The notes under the pieces: generated by a model
What the model was told of the DNA's origin: nothing
Seen by the model: only the letters and a program-made list of their open reading frames with translations
Databases searched by the model: none
Shown: positions 61,501 to 64,000 of the stretch, piece after piece
Layout of the letters: every line of letters begins with the position of its first letter
How positions within the stretch are numbered: position 1 is the stretch's first letter
NCBI RefSeq assembly: GCF_902713615.1
Contig: NC_052163.1
Span: 11,852,248 to 11,916,247 of the forward strand
Direction: 5' to 3'
DNA: 64,000 nt
Source: Scyliorhinus canicula
Lineage: Eukaryota
Program-made: the position numbers and the translations under genes

Positions 61501-63758
61501 CCCGGGCAGCTCCCAACACCGGAGACAGGTATAACCTCCCAACACCGGAGACAGGTATAACCTCCCAACACCGGAGACAGGTATAACCTCCCAACACCGG
61601 CAACAGGTATAACCTCCCAACACCGGAGACAGGTATAACCTCCCAACACCGGAGACAGGTATAACCTCCCAACACCGGGGACAGGTATAACCTCCCAACA
61701 CCGGGGACAGGTATAACCCCAACACCGGAGACAGGTATAACCCCAACACCGGAGACAGGTATAACCTCCCAGCACCGGAGACGGGTATAATCCCAACACC
61801 GGAGACAGGTATAACCTCCCAGCACCGGAGACAGGTATAACCCCAACACCAGAGACAGGTATAACCTCCCAGCACCAGAGACAGGTATAACCTCCCAACA
61901 CCGGAGACAGGTATAACCTCCCAACACCGGAGACAGGTATAACCTCCCAACACCGGGGACAGGTATAACCTCCCAGCACCGGAGACAGGTATTACCTCCC
62001 AACACCGGAGACAGGTATAACCTCCCAACACCGGAGACGGGTATAACCCCAGCACCGGAGACAGGTATAACCTCCCAACACCGGAGACAGGTATAACCTC
62101 CCAACACCGGAGACAGGTATAACCTCCCAACACCGGGGACAGGTATAACCTCCCAGCACCGGAGACAGGTATAACCTCCCAGCACCGGAGACAGGTATAA
62201 CCCGGGCAGCTCCCAACGCCTCCAGTTTCATTGATCCAAATCTCACAGCAGCCTCGGGGGAGGACGGGGCAGTGTGTCCGAATCCTGGGTTTGGGGGGAT
62301 GTAGAGATCTACCTTGCGAACACTAAAACTCAGTTGAAATTTGAGTTAACACATCGGTGCAAACAAGAATTGTTTATTGCCTCTGTTTGATCACAATTGA
62401 GAATCACTTAAATCTTATACTCTAACAGGTCTGGCTGGCAAAAGGACCCAAAGAGAAGTAATTTGTAGACAATTTAACTTTCAAATGATACAGAAATGAT
62501 TTTTTTCCTTACGGCAAACAGTTTGCATTTACTTCAAGAGTTAGAGTGGAAAAGTGAAAATGTAGAGATAGAGAATAGTTTCAATCAAAGTATGGAATGA
62601 TCCAGGATAAAGATGGCTGTACGGACTATCAGAGTTATACTAAATAATGTCAGTCTTTAGCCATCTAGCTACACCCCTATGTAATCCTATTTGGTTTGGG
62701 TTAAAACCAAATGAGTTTGATTTGATGGTTAGCTGTCAGTCTTTAATGTGCAACATTAACTTGAAATGTTTCATAAATGAATTCTTGTACGTGTTATGGA
62801 ATGCGATTTTCTGCTGTTATCGCGACTGGCTTGAACTGACATCTTGCTGACTTAGCTGTTATCAACATTGAGAACATTTGGGGGCCTCACGGTAGCATGG
62901 TGGTTAGCATCAATGCTTCACAGCTCCAGGGTCCCAGGTTCGATTCCCGGCTGGGTCACTGTCTGTGTGGAGTCTGCACGTCCTCCCTGTGTGTGCGTGG
63001 GTTTCCTCCGGGTGCTCCGGTTTCCTCCCACAGTCCAAAGATGTGCGGGTTAGGTGGATTGGCCATGCTAAATTGCCCGTAGTGTAAGGTTAATGGGGGA
63101 TTGTTGGGTTACGGGTATACGGGTTACGTGGGTTTAAGTAGGGTGATCATTGCTCGGCACAACATCGAGGGCCGAAGGGCCTGTTCTGTGCTGTACTGTT
63201 CTATAAATTCTATAAAACAATGGTGCCTTGATATTACCATGTTGTTGCTATGCTGTTGCCATAGAGCCTGCCCTGTCCTTGGACACTGTCTTGTCAAAGT
63301 GTTTGTTTTAATCTATCAGGTTCTTCTGTGTTTCTGTTGAATTGTGTGTTTTCTACATCATTTAAATTTGTGAATTTAAATTTGTGCGGTGTCATGCTGT
63401 TTTGTAAGCAGTATGTTTTGAGATGACCTGAGGTTGAGTGAATGTAAAATGGGTATTTAGTAAGACGGGGGTTAATGTTTAGCTAACTTTTACCTGTTAG
63501 GTGTGTTAGAAAACAGTTGGTGTCTACAGGGGGGTGGGCTCTGGGCGATTCTCCCAGTGTCTCAGGCACCCCGTTTATCTCTCTCTGCTTTTTATTTCTA
63601 GGCCATTCTTCCTATACGTTGCCTTCCATGACCCGCACCGGTGCGGACATTCCCACCCCCAGTACGGGAACTTCTGTGAGAAGTTTGGGAATGGGGAGAG
63701 TGGAATGGGCTGGATTCCAGACTGGCAGCCACAGCATTACACATCGGAGCAGGTCAAG
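55444..63758 (+). CDS. SGSH: SGSH (N-sulfoglucosamine sulfohydrolase, sulfamidase), 5' part: join(55444..55531,56315..56475,58039..58144,58760..58910,63602..63758); continues right of the window
   Basis: Signal peptide, NLLLIIADDAGFE, sulfatase formylglycine motif [47 protein letters not shown]; exon sizes 88/161/106/151/157 in phase. Confidence 0.97.
55814..56000. mobile_element. Penelope-like terminal-repeat derivative forming a ~140-bp inverted repeat (55861-56000)
   Basis: AACACCAGGTTAAAGTCCAACAG...GAATCACTAGC arm and its reverse complement; central degenerate hammerhead-like cores. Confidence 0.65.
56315..56475 (+). CDS. SGSH: SGSH exon 2 (contains the CSPSR active-site motif at 56434-56448)
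   Basis: (A)[20 protein letters not shown]...[16 protein letters not shown] |gtacgg. Confidence 0.97.
56449..56588 (+). repeat. 43-bp tandem triplication of the SGSH exon 2 end plus donor
   Basis: CAG|GTACGG at 56476, 56519 and 56562. Confidence 0.92.
56724..56983 (-). mobile_element. Solo-LTR-like element nested in a SINE in SGSH intron 2
   Basis: TGT...ACA termini; minus-strand ATAAATA and AATAAA; interrupts the SINE at AAACTCCA/CTCCACACGG. Confidence 0.55.
58039..58144 (+). CDS. SGSH: SGSH exon 3
   Basis: [35 protein letters not shown] |gtaagg. Confidence 0.97.
58760..58910 (+). CDS. SGSH: SGSH exon 4
   Basis: (G)[49 protein letters not shown](R) |gtataa. Confidence 0.96.
58899..62217 (+). 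repeat. 3.3-kb minisatellite of the SGSH exon 4 junction (26-bp unit CACCGGAGACAG|GTATAACCTCCCAA, with 24- and 34-bp variants), ~125 copies
   Basis: First unit overlaps the last 12 nt of exon 4. Confidence 0.97.
62880..63203 (+). mobile_element. HE1/V-SINE-type SINE
   Basis: Same architecture; identical 61-aa pseudo-ORF to the copy at 53245-53430 except one residue. Confidence 0.9.
63602..63758 (+). CDS. SGSH: SGSH exon 5
   Basis: [52 protein letters not shown] |gtaaga. Confidence 0.97.
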
Positions 63759-63777
63759 GTAAGAATAGGGACAAACC

Positions 63778-64000
63778 GTCACACACAGTCACACTGAGAG
63801 TGACACAGTCACACACAGTCACACTGAGGGTGACACAGTCACACTGAGAGTGACACAGTCACATACAGTCACACTGAGGGTGACACAGTCACATACAGTC
63901 ACACTGAGGGTGACACAGTCACACACAGTCACACTGAGAGTGACACAGTCACACACAGTCACACTGAGGGTGACACAGTCACACACAGTCACACTGAGGG
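63778..64000. repeat. 20/30-bp minisatellite (GTCACACACAGTCACACTGAGRGTGACACA) starting 20 nt after the SGSH exon 5 donor, runs off the window
   Basis: Direct inspection. Confidence 0.93.

Noticed and set aside
58809-62246. Very long minus-strand ORFs (up to 1106 aa, [16 protein letters not shown] repeats resembling CxxC zinc motifs)
   Set aside because: Translation of a 26-bp tandem repeat that lacks stops on the minus strand; all three frames give the same peptide cycle; lies antisense inside SGSH intron 4.
62880-62960. tRNA genes at SINE heads (A/B-box-like sequences, many copies)
   Set aside because: Each continues into the V-SINE core and LINE-like tail; no complete cloverleaf.

Overview
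Eukaryotic (vertebrate) genomic DNA, almost certainly a shark/elasmobranch, judged from abundant HE1/V-SINE-type SINEs, CR1-clade LINEs, Deu-type SINE remnants and Penelope remnants. It holds two head-to-head gene pairs arranged tail-to-tail: HGS (minus, exons 1-2; the rest lies left of the window) / ARL16 (plus, complete, 5 exons, 176 aa), and SLC26A11 (minus, complete, 16 coding exons, 589 aa) / SGSH (plus, exons 1-5; continues off the right edge). I rebuilt all exons by hand with consistent splice phases. ARL16 intron 1 is a minor-spliceosome (U12) AT-AC intron. The most striking signal is that exon/5'-splice-site junctions have been tandemly amplified into intronic arrays. About 50 copies of the U12 donor consensus ATATCCTTT follow ARL16 exon 1. 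About 125 copies of the SGSH exon 4 junction (CAG|GTATAA) follow that exon. The SGSH exon 2 junction is triplicated, and an apparent displaced copy of the SGSH exon 1 junction lies upstream. Most other minisatellites also sit at the 5' ends of introns. Other notable features are a CLEAR/M-box-like bidirectional lysosomal promoter, a G-rich (GGGGTT/TGACGT) array in the HGS-ARL16 promoter, and a Penelope-like hairpin with degenerate hammerhead cores. The very long ORFs in the track are artefacts of tandem repeats. Comparisons with human are from memory, not from a search.
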